This document shows, in pieces, positions 42,011-53,459 of a stretch of DNA of 64,000 bases (the stretch's first letter is position 1; each line of letters opens with the position of its first letter). The stretch is from Neophaeotheca triangularis (taxonomy: Eukaryota). The translations under genes were made by a program, and so were the position numbers. The notes below the pieces were generated by a model, which was given only the letters and a program-made list of their open reading frames with translations, was not told the origin of the DNA and did no database searches. The DNA is taken from NCBI GenBank assembly GCA_054600435.1, contig BAAIJX010000081.1, positions 1-64,000 of the forward strand, in the 5' to 3' direction.

Positions 42011-44830
42011 ATGGAGCCGAATCCTCGGGCAGATCCATTGTGCAACGTCCGTCGCGAACTTCCCACGCATGAGACCGTCGACGAATACCTCGTCCGCATT
42101 GCAACAGCCGCTCCAAGACGACATGAACGATGGACTCTCAAGGCAAATGCTCGTGGTATCAGCCTCCGAGACTATGCGCTACGCAGGGCGTCGAAGAGAT
42201 CGGCGAGGAACTCCAATATGGAACATGCCGCTCATGGAGCTCAATCTGGACCGCGATCCGTCATGTCGAGCCGTCGATCCGAAGCCACAAGTGAACCGCA
42301 CTCACCATTCCGTCAGATTGATGGAAAAGTCGCCAAGCGCCAGCGTGTCCATGGACCTTACCCTGCAGGAAATGGAGCAGGTGAACCTACATGGCTTCAG
42401 CAGGATGGCGCCGGCGACGAACCTACGGCTGAAGGATCGAAGGCGGAGGAGCCAGTCAGCCTGGCAAAGAGTTCTGCCTCCACCCCTGTGAAACTCGAAG
42501 ATTGTGATGCGCAGAGAACTTTTTCGGCTTCTCCCTCAACTTTCGGCAAGCCCAACACCCATCTAACTAGTACCCCTTCTACCGGCGGCGTAAAACGCAA
42601 GGGCTCGAACGTCGGAACAGCAAGCCCTCCTAGCCAATTTCTGAAGCCCGAGGACCCTGAAGACACAAAGCTCGGGGATACTAGCAGCCACCCACTTGCC
42701 GGACTCCCTACTACATTGAAGCAGGAGCATTCTGACGGAAACGCCAACCAGCGACCGGTTTTCAAGGCAGATCCGAAGAAGCTTCTTTCTCGTAGGAAAG
42801 CCAAGTACTACGGCGTTCGCATCGGCGCAGACCCCGGGATATACTACACTTGGTCCGGTCATGGCGGAGCGCAAGAGCAAGTGCAAGGCTTCAGAGGCGC
42901 AGTCTTCATCAGTTTCGAGAGCGCGTACGAAGTTGAGCACTTTGTCAATCACGACTCCAATCATTGCAAGAAGACTTACAAGACATGCTGGCCTCTATGC
43001 CAGGCCCAGGCCGCCCAGCAGAGCCGGAAGTTCTCGCAGCGAGACGGCTTACCTTCTGCTGCAACACCGGCAATGTCAGAATGGGAACCAGACCGGAATC
43101 CAGATGGAACCTGCTTTCAATGCGGGGTGGTGCTCCCACGAAAGGAGGCAACGACTTGCCTCGCTTGCCGAATCGCGCAGCACTCTTTATCTGAAGAACA
43201 GGCCGGCGTAGTTCGCACTATCGCGCATGGAAGCAATGTCTTCTACACTGGCGCCGCCGGCACCGGAAAATCTACAGTCCTTCGGGCTACTGTTGAGCAC
43301 CTCCGTGACATTGGACAGACAGTGGACGTAATCGCTTTCACTGGTATCGCCGCTTACAATGCCGGCGGTAGAACACTCCATTCCTATGCCGGGTGGGACA
43401 TAGCAGCACAGGGGCTTAGTATGGAGGCACTAGGGCAGAAAGTATTCATGAAGAAAACGCGAATACGACTCCGAGCGACCAACGTCCTTATTATCGACGA
43501 GATCAGCATGGTGAGCAGCTCCGTCTTTGCACGCCTCGATCACATACTACGCGAAGTACGGGCCAGGTCCGAATGCGACAAAGCCAGGGCTTTCGGGGGT
43601 GTCCAGCTGGTAGTCACGGGCGACTTCTACCAATTACCTCCTGTGAAGCCGTTCTCTCATTGCTGCTTCTGTGGTCTACCAATGTCGACTCCAAAACATC
43701 AGAAGCAGAGCACCGTTGGACCTCCCGCCGCTGAGTACATATGCGGCAAACACGGAACTCTCAAGGAAGCGCATAAGTATGCATTCAGCTCGGCCTCCTG
43801 GAAAGAATGCGCGTTTGAATGCCTATTTATGAACCAGATCCACCGGCAGAGCGATCAGGTCTTTACAGGAATTCTTAATCGTATACGCACGCAGGCTTGC
43901 TCGAAAGCAGATGCCGCAGTCCTACTCAACCACAAGCAAAACGTTGCAGAAGACGCCATCAAGATCTTTTGCCTCCGCGTCGACGTTGACTTCTTGAACG
44001 AGACCAAACTTGACGAAATCAAATCTCGCAAGCTCACTTTCGCGGCGGTCGATGGTTTCTTGTGGCATGAAAAGCGACATCCCGATCTGAAAGGCAGCTT
44101 CGGTCGAGTTGATGGCGAAAATTCGCCGCTATTAGCGTTGTCTGGCCAAGACCGCCATCGCTTCGGAGAATTTTTCGAGATGAAGTTGGGTATGAAGGTT
44201 GTGCTTCTCGTCAACCTGAGTTTTGGTAGGGGGCTAGTAAATGGGAGTCAGGGCAAGGTCGTTGGGTTCACGAAGTCTTCCGATCAGCCGAGCGGCCTTA
44301 GTGACGGTCCTCCTCAGAAGCGGAACAAAAATGGCTTATTCGAACACTCTGGGTACGCGAGGCGGGAAGAGATGGCGTTTATCAAAAGGGCGGAGAAGGA
44401 TAACCTACCACCGAAGGACGGCAAGGGCTTAGACGAGCTTTGGCCGGTCGTCCATTTCGAGAACAACGTGGAGATTGCGGTCTTCCCATACTGCGCGATC
44501 ACAGAAATAGGCGCCGACGCCCCCCATAGCCTGATCTCGCGTACGCAGCTCCCTCTTGCAGCCGGCTGGGCAGTGACGGCACACAAGTCGCAGGGTATGA
44601 CTTTGGAGCAAGTGACGGTGGACATGGGTCATACGTTTGAGCACGGCCAGGCCTACGTGGCTCTCTCTCGCGCCCGCACATTGGAGGGATTGAAGGTGGT
44701 CGATTTGTCGGAGAGGAACATTGGTGCGGATGAGGAGGTTACGGAGTTCATGGACAAGACTTTCGGGGCGGACATGCTGGTAGCGGATATGGAGATGAAT
44801 GGCGACGATGACGAGGACGAGGATTTTTGA
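42011..44830 (+). CDS. Pif1-family 5'-3' helicase with N-terminal RNase H1-type hybrid-binding (Cauli_VI) domain, 939 aa, intronless
   Basis: TGAAGTGKS, TGIAAYNAGGRTLHSYAG, IIDEISMV, FGGVQLVVTGDFYQLPPV, HRQSD, VLLVNLSFGRGLVNGSQGKVVGF, QLPLAAGWAVTAHKSQGMTL, GQAYVALSRA; KYYGVRIGADPGIYYTW...QVQGFRGAVFISF at about 42803-42947. Confidence 0.92.
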   Translation: MEPNPRADPLCNVRRELPTHETVDEYLVRIATAAPRRHERWTLKANARGISLRDYALRRASKRSARNSNMEHAAHGAQSGPRSVMSSRRSEATSEPHSPFRQIDGKVAKRQRVHGPYPAGNGAGEPTWLQQDGAGDEPTAEGSKAEEPVSLAKSSASTPVKLEDCDAQRTFSASPSTFGKPNTHLTSTPSTGGVKRKGSNVGTASPPSQFLKPEDPEDTKLGDTSSHPLAGLPTTLKQEHSDGNANQRPVFKADPKKLLSRRKAKYYGVRIGADPGIYYTWSGHGGAQEQVQGFRGAVFISFESAYEVEHFVNHDSNHCKKTYKTCWPLCQAQAAQQSRKFSQRDGLPSAATPAMSEWEPDRNPDGTCFQCGVVLPRKEATTCLACRIAQHSLSEEQAGVVRTIAHGSNVFYTGAAGTGKSTVLRATVEHLRDIGQTVDVIAFTGIAAYNAGGRTLHSYAGWDIAAQGLSMEALGQKVFMKKTRIRLRATNVLIIDEISMVSSSVFARLDHILREVRARSECDKARAFGGVQLVVTGDFYQLPPVKPFSHCCFCGLPMSTPKHQKQSTVGPPAAEYICGKHGTLKEAHKYAFSSASWKECAFECLFMNQIHRQSDQVFTGILNRIRTQACSKADAAVLLNHKQNVAEDAIKIFCLRVDVDFLNETKLDEIKSRKLTFAAVDGFLWHEKRHPDLKGSFGRVDGENSPLLALSGQDRHRFGEFFEMKLGMKVVLLVNLSFGRGLVNGSQGKVVGFTKSSDQPSGLSDGPPQKRNKNGLFEHSGYARREEMAFIKRAEKDNLPPKDGKGLDELWPVVHFENNVEIAVFPYCAITEIGADAPHSLISRTQLPLAAGWAVTAHKSQGMTLEQVTVDMGHTFEHGQAYVALSRARTLEGLKVVDLSERNIGADEEVTEFMDKTFGADMLVADMEMNGDDDEDEDF

Positions 44831-46694
44831 GGCGTTCGGTTAGCATTTGGCCAAGGCAGGCATTGTAGATACCCCAGCTAGCCGCATGTAGTTCGAGAGG
44901 GCTTGGAACAACGCTTGTGTTCGCGGGTCCGCAGTAGATGGTAGGTGATAGGCATGCCAATGGAGCGGAAACAGCTTGAGAAGCATTTTACTGTAGCCGC
45001 ACAAAATCTGTTTAGTGCTGATGCGCCGTTGCACTGCTCAACTTCCTAGCCCATCACAAATCCTTTCTTTGCGGGCGTAGAAGTCTTTTGCTCCCTTGCC
45101 TCCCCGAGCTCCTCCCTCTTGTTCACCTTGTCGCCGATTCGAGGTAGACAAGTCACAAAGGGCTCACAACGTGCTAGCGATGAGGAAGCCGAGCATTCCT
45201 GAAGGCTCCGCAGACAACCTGCAGCGACTAGGCTCGACATCTGCTGGAGCTCGCCTCCGATCTCCCGAGTAGCTACAACACCCCGCGAGACCTCGAGAGC
45301 TCCCCTAAAAGCGCTAGGGACAGCCCTAACCGCCATCTCGAGGCTATAAAGGCCTAGGGCGACTCCCTCCCCGGCAGCTTAGAGCCCGTCGAGTATCCCG
45401 GCGAGTTGGTTAACCCGAGGGAGCGATAGCTGTGCTTAAAAAATTGAAAAACATCTATTAACTAGCCTAATCTTTCTAGTAAGCTAATGACATCTTTGAT
45501 TGGCCAGTCAAGAATGGCGCTAGCGAAAGTACGTTTTTCGAATTTTTGGGCACGCTCTTTGCTCGTTTCGAAGAAAAGTCGCCGGGATGTTTTGGTGGAC
45601 GGGAGTGCCGGAGAAGAGAGCGGGAGACCTGGTATGCAGCTCTTTATCTGGATTTTTGGTGGGTTCGGCGAGGTTTGTCGGGTTGTTCTTGTCCCTGGCG
45701 ACTTTGGAATTAAATGTTCGTTCGCGAAGAAGGGGGTGCGAAGGCGTGCGGCCTGGAGAGTCAGAGATCGGACGGGGGGGCAGGGTTTCGACAACCTAGG
45801 CAGTGCGCCGTTGAGCTACCACCAGCTCTCTGCGACCGAGCCATGATGGCCAAGTCGTCAATGTTGGAAACTCACAAGCCCATCCCCGGCAGTGATTTGC
45901 TCAAAACCTCCAAAAAGTCTCCCGGCGAGTTTGTTCAGAGAGCGGCCTACAGCTCCAACAAAAATGCCAAGAACAGCCATCGACTAGCGTGGACTCGTGA
46001 GAACCAATGAGAGGAAGCTTCTGGCAGGTGGTCGTCGACGGGACGATATGCCAAACTAATGGCCAATGTTCATAATAACTCCATCGGGGAGGATGTTTTA
46101 GACGGCAGCGGGGGATGCGATACGCACACAGATGGGAATTGCAGGGCATTGTTGGAGAGTCGTCGAAGAGTCGACACTTCGAAGGAAGTCCTCCGAGCGA
46201 CAGCCTGTGGGCGACAAGGTGCAAGGGTTGGGAGGCCCGAGGGATAATGGACATCGAGATATCTGAATCGGCGGAGTAGCATTGAGGGACCTCGCTCGTC
46301 CTGGATCCAAGCTGGGCATGGCCGATCAGTTGTCTGTTCCTGAAGGTCACCGCTGTCGCCGATGTTGGTCGGAGGAGTTCTGCCTTGTCGGGTCCATATG
46401 GCGGCGCAGTGGATTGCTGGATGCCGGAGGGTCGTCAATCTAGAAAAGATATCCCAGGATGAACAGGTTTCCATGCAGCCATAATGACGAGCGAGAGCTT
46501 GGAAGTGAAGGGGGTTTGAAAAGAACGTTTGCAAGTACACAAGATCAACCCTCCAAATTTCGTGGACTATCCTCATTTCCCGTACCAGTCGTACGTACAT
46601 CGAATATCCCGGGTATCCCCATCCCAGTGCAGTGACAACGCCGCCGTAAACCTATCGTGTCCTACTTTTACTTCCCTCATCTCTGCGCTTTAGC

Positions 46695-47180
46695 CTACAA
46701 CATGGCGACAGCAGCGACACCGAGCCCAAGCATGCCTCCAGCGTAGTAAGGCGCAGCTGTCGGCATGGCACCGGACTCATCGTCGTCCACAGCCGCACTA
46801 GCAGACTCTACCACATTGACGGCCCCGCCAGTAGCACTGCTGAAGACATTCACAGCGCCGCCCGTGGCACTGCTGAAGATGTCCTGCCCGGCAGAAGTGA
46901 TGGTGCTGTAGACGTTGCCAGCACCGTCGGTAGCGACAGTGAAGACGCTTTCGCCTACAGAGGTGATGACTTGACCGGCTCTGTGGGAGGGAAGGTGTCA
47001 ATTGGTGAAGGAGGTGTGGTGTATGGGAAGAGGGTGCTCTTACTCTCCAGCGACGCTTGTGATGTCCTCGCCGAGGTCTTCAACTCCACTCACGACGTCC
47101 CCAATGGCGTTGGTGACTTCTTGGGCGCTGGTGAGGCCGACTGCCGCGACGGCCAGGAGGAGAGAGCGGGTGAGCTGCAT
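46695..47180 (-). CDS. Small secreted, probably GPI-anchored Ser/Thr/Gly/Val-rich protein (140 aa, intron 46981-47043)
   Basis: Signal peptide MQLTRSLLLAVAAVGLTSA; repeated FSSATGGAVNV; hydrophobic tail SGAMPTAAPYYAGGMLGLGVAAVAML*. Missing from the ORF track because of the intron. Confidence 0.85.
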
Positions 47181-47473
47181 GGTTGCTGGATGGGAGGGGT
47201 GTTTGAGGTGTTTGTTGTCGTTGGTACGCGAGTGGTTGATGAATGTGAGGAGGTGGTAAGTTGAGGTGGTTGTCGGTGATGTTGGTAGGAAAGGTAAGGG
47301 AGAGGTCGGGTGTTCGAGACAAAGGAATGCTGCGACCTACGTCAACTTTGTAGCAAGGCTGATACCTACCACCTCCTTGCACCTCCTAATTTAGTAGGGA
47401 AGGTTAGGTAGTCAAGCTCCCACCAGTCGTCAGGCCATGACGCAGGCCTTGTGGCGCTTTGGAGGGCTGGACG

Positions 47474-47526
47474 AGGTTAAGGTTAGGTACCTAGGTTAGG
47501 TCAGGTTAGGTTAGGTTAGGTTAGGG
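47474..47526 (+). repeat. Degenerate (TTAGG)n tract
   Basis: AGGTTAAGGTTAGGTACCTAGGTTAGGTCAGGTTAGGTTAGGTTAGGTTAGGG. Confidence 0.85.
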
Positions 47527-47996
47527 AGGTAAGGTAGAGTTTACTTTTATTCTTAGCCCTTCCCTTCTACGCCATCATCAGCATCTGAGCCTCAATGCGC
47601 CTTGGCGTGAGGCGAAGCCGCGACAGCCAACACGGCCGGTCCCAGGCAACAGCGCATCGTATACGAATTTCTTAGGTAGGTACTATGCAGGTACAGTCCG
47701 GTGATGTTGGGCAGTTTGGACGTGACCGGCCGCGTGCGCGGAGGAAAGATGTTGTGGTTTCGCAGTCGACTGCCGGTGCTTGACTTAAGGTTGGCTCGTT
47801 CGGCGTAATGTCGGAAGGTCGGAATGTCGGAAAGAGGCGCCGCTTCCAACCTCGGCCTTGGAGATCCCGAACTCGGACGGAGAAGCCAAACGTGGAGAGA
47901 GCTCCATCAACAACAGCTTCGCGACAGAAGCGCTCCGACCAGCACTAACCCACCGCCTACCACACCCATAGCCATAATAGCCATAGGGCAATCAAC

Positions 47997-49220
47997 ATGT
48001 CAGACTTCATCCGCGACGGTGGAGCGGGAGAAGACGGCGGTCCCCAAGACCCCACCACCAACTTCTCCTACCCATGGGCCTCCGCCCCGGACATCATCCG
48101 CTCCAACCAAAAAGACGCCTACTTCCAATCGCAACTCCTCACCCACCTATCCTCCGTCATTCGCTCCCTTTACGGCGCCCGCACCGCCCACAATTGGACA
48201 AACGAAGCCCGCACATTCACCGAGCTCCTTTACCTCTCCCTCACAACCTTCGTCGGCAACCGCACCCTCGGCGAAGAATACTGCGACATTGTCCAAGTCG
48301 AAGACGACACGCATCGCTTCCCCTCCATAACCCGCAGAGGCGGCTACATCCTCTCGAGCATCCTGCTCCCTTACATCCTCACGCGCCTCCTGCCCGCCCT
48401 CCGCAAACGCCTGCGCACCAAACTCGAAACCTCCCTGCGCAAAAAACAACAACGCCGCGCCTCCTCCCCTGCCCCCTCCTCCTCGTCTTCCTCAAAATCC
48501 CCTACACCACTTCCCACCTCCCGCTCCCAACAACTCCAAGAATACACCCTCAAGCACCTCGACACCTTAACCTCCCCCTCCCCGCTCTACGCCCTTTCCC
48601 TCGCAACTTTCTACTTCACGGGCGCCTACTACCAACTCAGCAAGCGCCTCACGGGCCTGCGCTACATCTTCACCCGCAAGTTGGAAGAGAACGAACAACG
48701 CGCCGGCTACGAAGTACTAGGCGTACTACTGTGCTTGCAAATGGGAGTGCAAGGCTACCTGCACTTTGCGGAAACCTGGCGCAGCGTGCGGAGTTCCAAC
48801 TTACCCGGGAGCGCGGTCGAGATGGCGGGGACGGGAGCGGTGATTGACGGGGGGGTAGAAGTGGGCGCTGTGCCGAATCGCGGCGACGGCTTCGGGGAGC
48901 CTTTACTTTTTGAAGCTTCGCAGGGTCGATCGGACGACAATGCGGCGAGGACGCAGCGGCTGAGCAAAGTCATGCACACGGATTTGGGAAAGGGAGTGCC
49001 TGGGTACGATTTAGAGGAGGAAGGGGTCATGGAGTTTATTTCCGGCAAACAGCAGAGGAAGTGTACGCTTTGTTTGGAGGCCATGAAGGACCCGGCTGTG
49101 ACGACTTGCGGGCATGTATTTTGTTGGAGTTGTGTCGGAGATTGGCTGAGGGAGCAGCCCATGTGTCCGCTTTGCAGACAAGCGGCGCTTGTACAGCATG
49201 TTTTGCCGTTGAGGGGGTGA
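47997..49220 (+). CDS. PEX10: Peroxin 10, RING E3 ligase
   Basis: YPWASAPDIIRSNQKD, RTLGEEYCDIVQV, FYFTGAYYQLSKRLTGLRY, GYEVLGVLL, C3HC4 RING CTLC...CGHVFCWSC...CPLCR. Confidence 0.95.
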   Translation: MSDFIRDGGAGEDGGPQDPTTNFSYPWASAPDIIRSNQKDAYFQSQLLTHLSSVIRSLYGARTAHNWTNEARTFTELLYLSLTTFVGNRTLGEEYCDIVQVEDDTHRFPSITRRGGYILSSILLPYILTRLLPALRKRLRTKLETSLRKKQQRRASSPAPSSSSSSKSPTPLPTSRSQQLQEYTLKHLDTLTSPSPLYALSLATFYFTGAYYQLSKRLTGLRYIFTRKLEENEQRAGYEVLGVLLCLQMGVQGYLHFAETWRSVRSSNLPGSAVEMAGTGAVIDGGVEVGAVPNRGDGFGEPLLFEASQGRSDDNAARTQRLSKVMHTDLGKGVPGYDLEEEGVMEFISGKQQRKCTLCLEAMKDPAVTTCGHVFCWSCVGDWLREQPMCPLCRQAALVQHVLPLRG

Positions 49221-49862
49221 GTATGAATCATGACTGAAGGGATTGCGTTGATCGGAAAGCTTGAGTTGGTCATACGGTTGGGGTGTGGTATTCCTTTTCT
49301 TTCGATACCCGGCATTCTCATCAAAGCCCATTAAGCATTATCGTCTATCTCATGCATGCCATCGCCACGCAAACGCTGTCCGGCGTACAAATACAAGCAG
49401 CCGGGCCATAGGAATCCCCGTTGGGCTCGCTCGCCGCGAATCCTGCCACCCGTTTCAAACCATCTTCTCCTTCTCATCAGCGCCTTCCAGCCTCCCAGGC
49501 GCCGTCCCTGCCCTCCGACGCAAGCCCAAAATCCGCTCCCGAATTCCCGCCATAACGGGAATCCTCATGCCAAAACATAACCCAACATCATTCGCACTGC
49601 CAAATCCACTCTTCCCTCGTCCACGACCGTCATCACTACTACCGGTCAGAACTTCGTAAACCCCGTCCACGCTCCTTAAATGTTCAACCAGGCTGTGCGA
49701 GCTGTCCCTTAACCGCCTGCGAGCACTACGAGATCGAGAGCGGACGCAGTCCTTCACCCTGCCGACATGGCCGTCCAGGCGACTTTCCGGGAAATACTGG
49801 CTTCGAGCGTATTCTTCGACATTGTTGGTTGAGGGAGAAGTCGAGGGAAAAGGAAAGAACAT

Positions 49863-52800
49863 CTACTTCTTCGCAAAAGCCTCGCTGTCTCCACCACCAT
49901 TGCTGGCTCCGCCGGCGAAAATGGCCCGGTTGACTTTGAAACCGTTGCCGCTGTTTCGCTTGAGCAATTTGTCGCGGTCTTTGCTCCTTGCCGCATCGGG
50001 TGTTGCGCCTGTGTTGCTACTGTTGCTGCCGCCGATCGTGGGTAGGACGGTCAGCTGGTCGCCGTTGGTGTCCTTGGGGCCGGAGACGGCGTTTTTGCCC
50101 AGACGCTGCTCGTTCTTGAACTCTATGTACATGCGGGCGGACTCTGAGAGGGGGAAGGGCGCTGGTTGGGTTGGTATGTCGGCGCCGTTTTGGAGGAGCA
50201 GCTCGGCCACTGCAAAAGGTTTTCGGCTAGGAGTTGAGGGTCTCGAGGGTGAGGATGGTGTATTGATTGGTTTTGAGAGGGTTGCCGTGGAGGAAGAGTG
50301 GCTGTGGGAGAAGGCTGAGCCCGGAGAGGCCGGGTCGGCGGCTGCGAGTGCGAGGAAAAGGGCGTGGGTTGCGCGGGATCGATCGACGGCGTTGGGGTTG
50401 GCGCGGATGGCGAGTGCGTGAAGGACGTGCTGGATCTCGTTGCGTTTAATGCCTGTCAACAAGATGTCGTCCGGTAGCTGAGTTCCGAGGCTTGGCTGTA
50501 CATATGTACGTTCGCTATATTTGGCGGTGATAAAATGGAGCCTTTGCTCTCGTGTAGAGTGCGGTGAAGGCTTCAGAAAGCGGTCGAGTTTTGCTTCCCA
50601 CACCATGTTACTCACACGGTTGCCGATGAGCAGTAATAGCTCCACCATGTCTGCAGTAAAGACAGAGGTGTCTAGTGTTAGCGACCGCACTTTGGAGATG
50701 TGTGTTCCTAGGGAGCGATGTATGCCGCTGCATTCGATGCACAGCATGATGCCTAGATTGATGGAGCACCAGTCGACCTTGGACTCGGAACCACAATCAG
50801 CGCATGACCGGTTGCCTTCGTCGGCGTTGCGTATTCGCAGCAACAATGCTGACTCTTCGTTGGAATCTTGTCTGGAAAACGCCGGCTTGTCTCCAGTGGT
50901 AGCATGTCGACTGACGACCTTTTGAGCCTCGTATTTACTCGAGTTGGACACTTGACGATGACCCGAGAAGGACGAACTCTTGCCAGTCAACACCGCGGCA
51001 ATGTCTTTGCGGGTGGATCCACTCTGCGGCGGAGGCGATGCGCTGCTTGGTGCCCTGGATTCCTTAGCCTCAAAGGCACTTTGCAGGGCATTGTTGATGG
51101 CACCGATCCAGGCTTTCATGTCTTCCTCAGAGGGCGCTTGGTAGACTCGAGTGAAGTGAGGGGTGATGACCTCGAAGCAGAAGCGCCGTTCGCTGTTGCG
51201 TGCTTCCCGTACTGATGCCATTCGCAGATCAATCGGTTCCATGTGCAAGTCGAGCTTGTCTTTCCAGTTGACATACTCCGAAAGCTTGCCCTGATCGAGC
51301 ACTATCCAGAACTTGTGCCATGCCGTCTTGTTGAGACCTTTGGGGTCTACATGGCTGCCCGGCCTGCTGAGTGCCCAAAGTAGACCTTCCTTGCGGAAGG
51401 CTCCACCGTTGGTCGAGGCATTGGTGTCCTCGAGATCCCGTATACCCTTGAATTTCGGATTCGGACTTGCAGACACCTGATTCGGCACATTGTTGGAGGT
51501 GCTGAGCAGGCTTCCAACAGGCGCCGGTACGGGAGTGGTAGCAGTGCCGGGAGGCGAAGTCGACATGCCGTTGTTCCCACCATAGCTCGGCGCCCGGTTC
51601 TGGCCTTCAATGGGTCGAAGTCCATTGCTTTGCGATGAGGTATACCCGAGGCCCGGTGGAACGACTGTGCCGTCTTCGCTGACCAGCTTGTGGCTCGTCT
51701 CCAGCATCCGTCGCTTCTCTTCACGCTCGCTGCGTTGAAGCTGGAAGTCCTTCTCTGCGGCCCTGACCTCCGCGACCAGCGCTTCGAGTTGGGGCACCAT
51801 CTCTTCAATCTTCTTCGCAGTGGACAGGTAGCCCTTCGTCTGCTGGTCCGCATACTTGGTCAATTGAGAAAGCACCTCCTGGTCTTTGCGTCCGCCGTGA
51901 AGATCATGCATGAAGCTCGAGTAGTCAAACCTCTTCAGCTCAAAGGTACGCCTCCGGGCCTGATATTTCTCATCGCTTTGTTGCTGCTTCTTCTCCTTTA
52001 GGGACTCGCTTCGCTGACCCAAGTACTTGCTGACGTAGGCGTAGTATTCCTTGCTCTGTTCCTCAAACTCCCGCTTTTTGTAGTCGGCCTGCTTGATCTC
52101 GATATTGTATAGCTTGCTAATAGGCTCGATGATCAATTTCTGAAGATTCGTCGAGTTTTGCCGTTCGTATCGAAGCATCTCCTTGGCAATCTTCTCGAAG
52201 TAGTGGTCAAGCGCAGGCTGTACTGCGTTGGCGTTTGAGCTTGAGGCGCCTCTCAGCGCATCGGTGAAGTCCGCGACCGCACTATTACAAGCAGTTTGAG
52301 CTGCCTCGGCTGCTTCGGCAGTACGAAGGACCTTCTTCATTCGTAGGCGCATGTTGCCAGTCTTCTGCTCGAGCGACTTCATGGTCGCCCGGAAAAGCGG
52401 TCCGTCTTCGTTGAGTGATGGGTCTTCCCCGGGTTTGCAGGTAGCCACGTCAACTTTGTTCACATTGCCAGTGGGACCTGGTGTGGTAGCAGTCATCGTT
52501 GGAACTAGGCACAAGCCATTCTCGGGGATAGCCTCGAAGGCAGGCGACTGAGGCTCCTTGAAGTCTTTGTACGACGAGCCTTCACCTTCGGAATCGCTGA
52601 CATAGCTGATTCGGGACTCGATCGACTGAGCGGAGGGTACGCGCAAGCGTGGAGGCACCTCCAATCTCGGTGATCGCGGCGCCAGGAAGCGTTGGGTGTT
52701 CTGAGTCCAGAAATTGAATGTCGCCAGAGTGTTCAGCCTGTGAGCTCTTTGGTCGTACTCGACGAAGCTGCAGTGGTTGCGCCATCCTCCTCCCTGATCC

Positions 52801-53459
52801 TCCACTGGCTTCGGCGGCCGCCATTTCCACGCCCAGCTGAACTGCACACTCGGGCTCCCTCCTGTCGTATAGTCGCCCACCAGCTGCACGTTGGGGTTCT
52901 TGTGCAGATTCGGATCATGCTGAAACTCCCGTACCACCAGGTTCTCCACGTCTTTTGCATTGGAGGCGAATACGTAGGTCAATCCAGAGAGGGTAGTGTC
53001 TATCGGTGTAGGAGCGTTTGGCGCTTCGGTGATGGTTGGAGTAGTGACTTGGGCCTGTTGCCTGACGTTAAAGGTGAAATTGAACGTCAACTCGTCTTCG
53101 TTGGGGAGGCGGAGGAGGAAGGAAGGTGCGGCGCCGCTAGCTAGACTCTCCGGGTCCTGCAGTGGAGGGTCAGCGTCGTCTTACATGTTACCTCAGCACT
53201 GCGCATACCTGGACGTATTCGACGGGGGTGTCATCGGCGGTGTCGCGCTTAGCGACATATCTGGTAGCGGGGTAGGCGTTTGGTGATATGTGAAGCAGAG
53301 TGCGGCTCCTGCTTGTTACGGTGACTCCGGCGATGGAGACTGTGTGAGGGTCATCAGTGCTGCCCGCATTCCAGGGAGAGATCGAGGCTGCATACAGCGT
53401 GTTTGATCGGGCAAATATAGAGGGCAGCCCTCGTCCTGGCGGCTGCTGACGTTGCCCAT
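49863..53459 (-). CDS. BAR-PH-ArfGAP protein (centaurin-beta / Csx2-like; introns 53340-53395, 53157-53208)
   Basis: MGNVSS myristoylation-type start; EDGPLFRATMKSLE (BAR); RKEGLLW...RRFCFEVITP...W (PH); CADC...WCSINLGIMLCIECSGIHRSLGTHISKVRSLTLD (ArfGAP). Confidence 0.93.

Noticed and set aside
42011..44830. Helitron RepHel transposase
   Set aside because: No HUH/Rep motifs upstream of the helicase, the protein is short for RepHel, and I found no TC...hairpin-CTRR termini.
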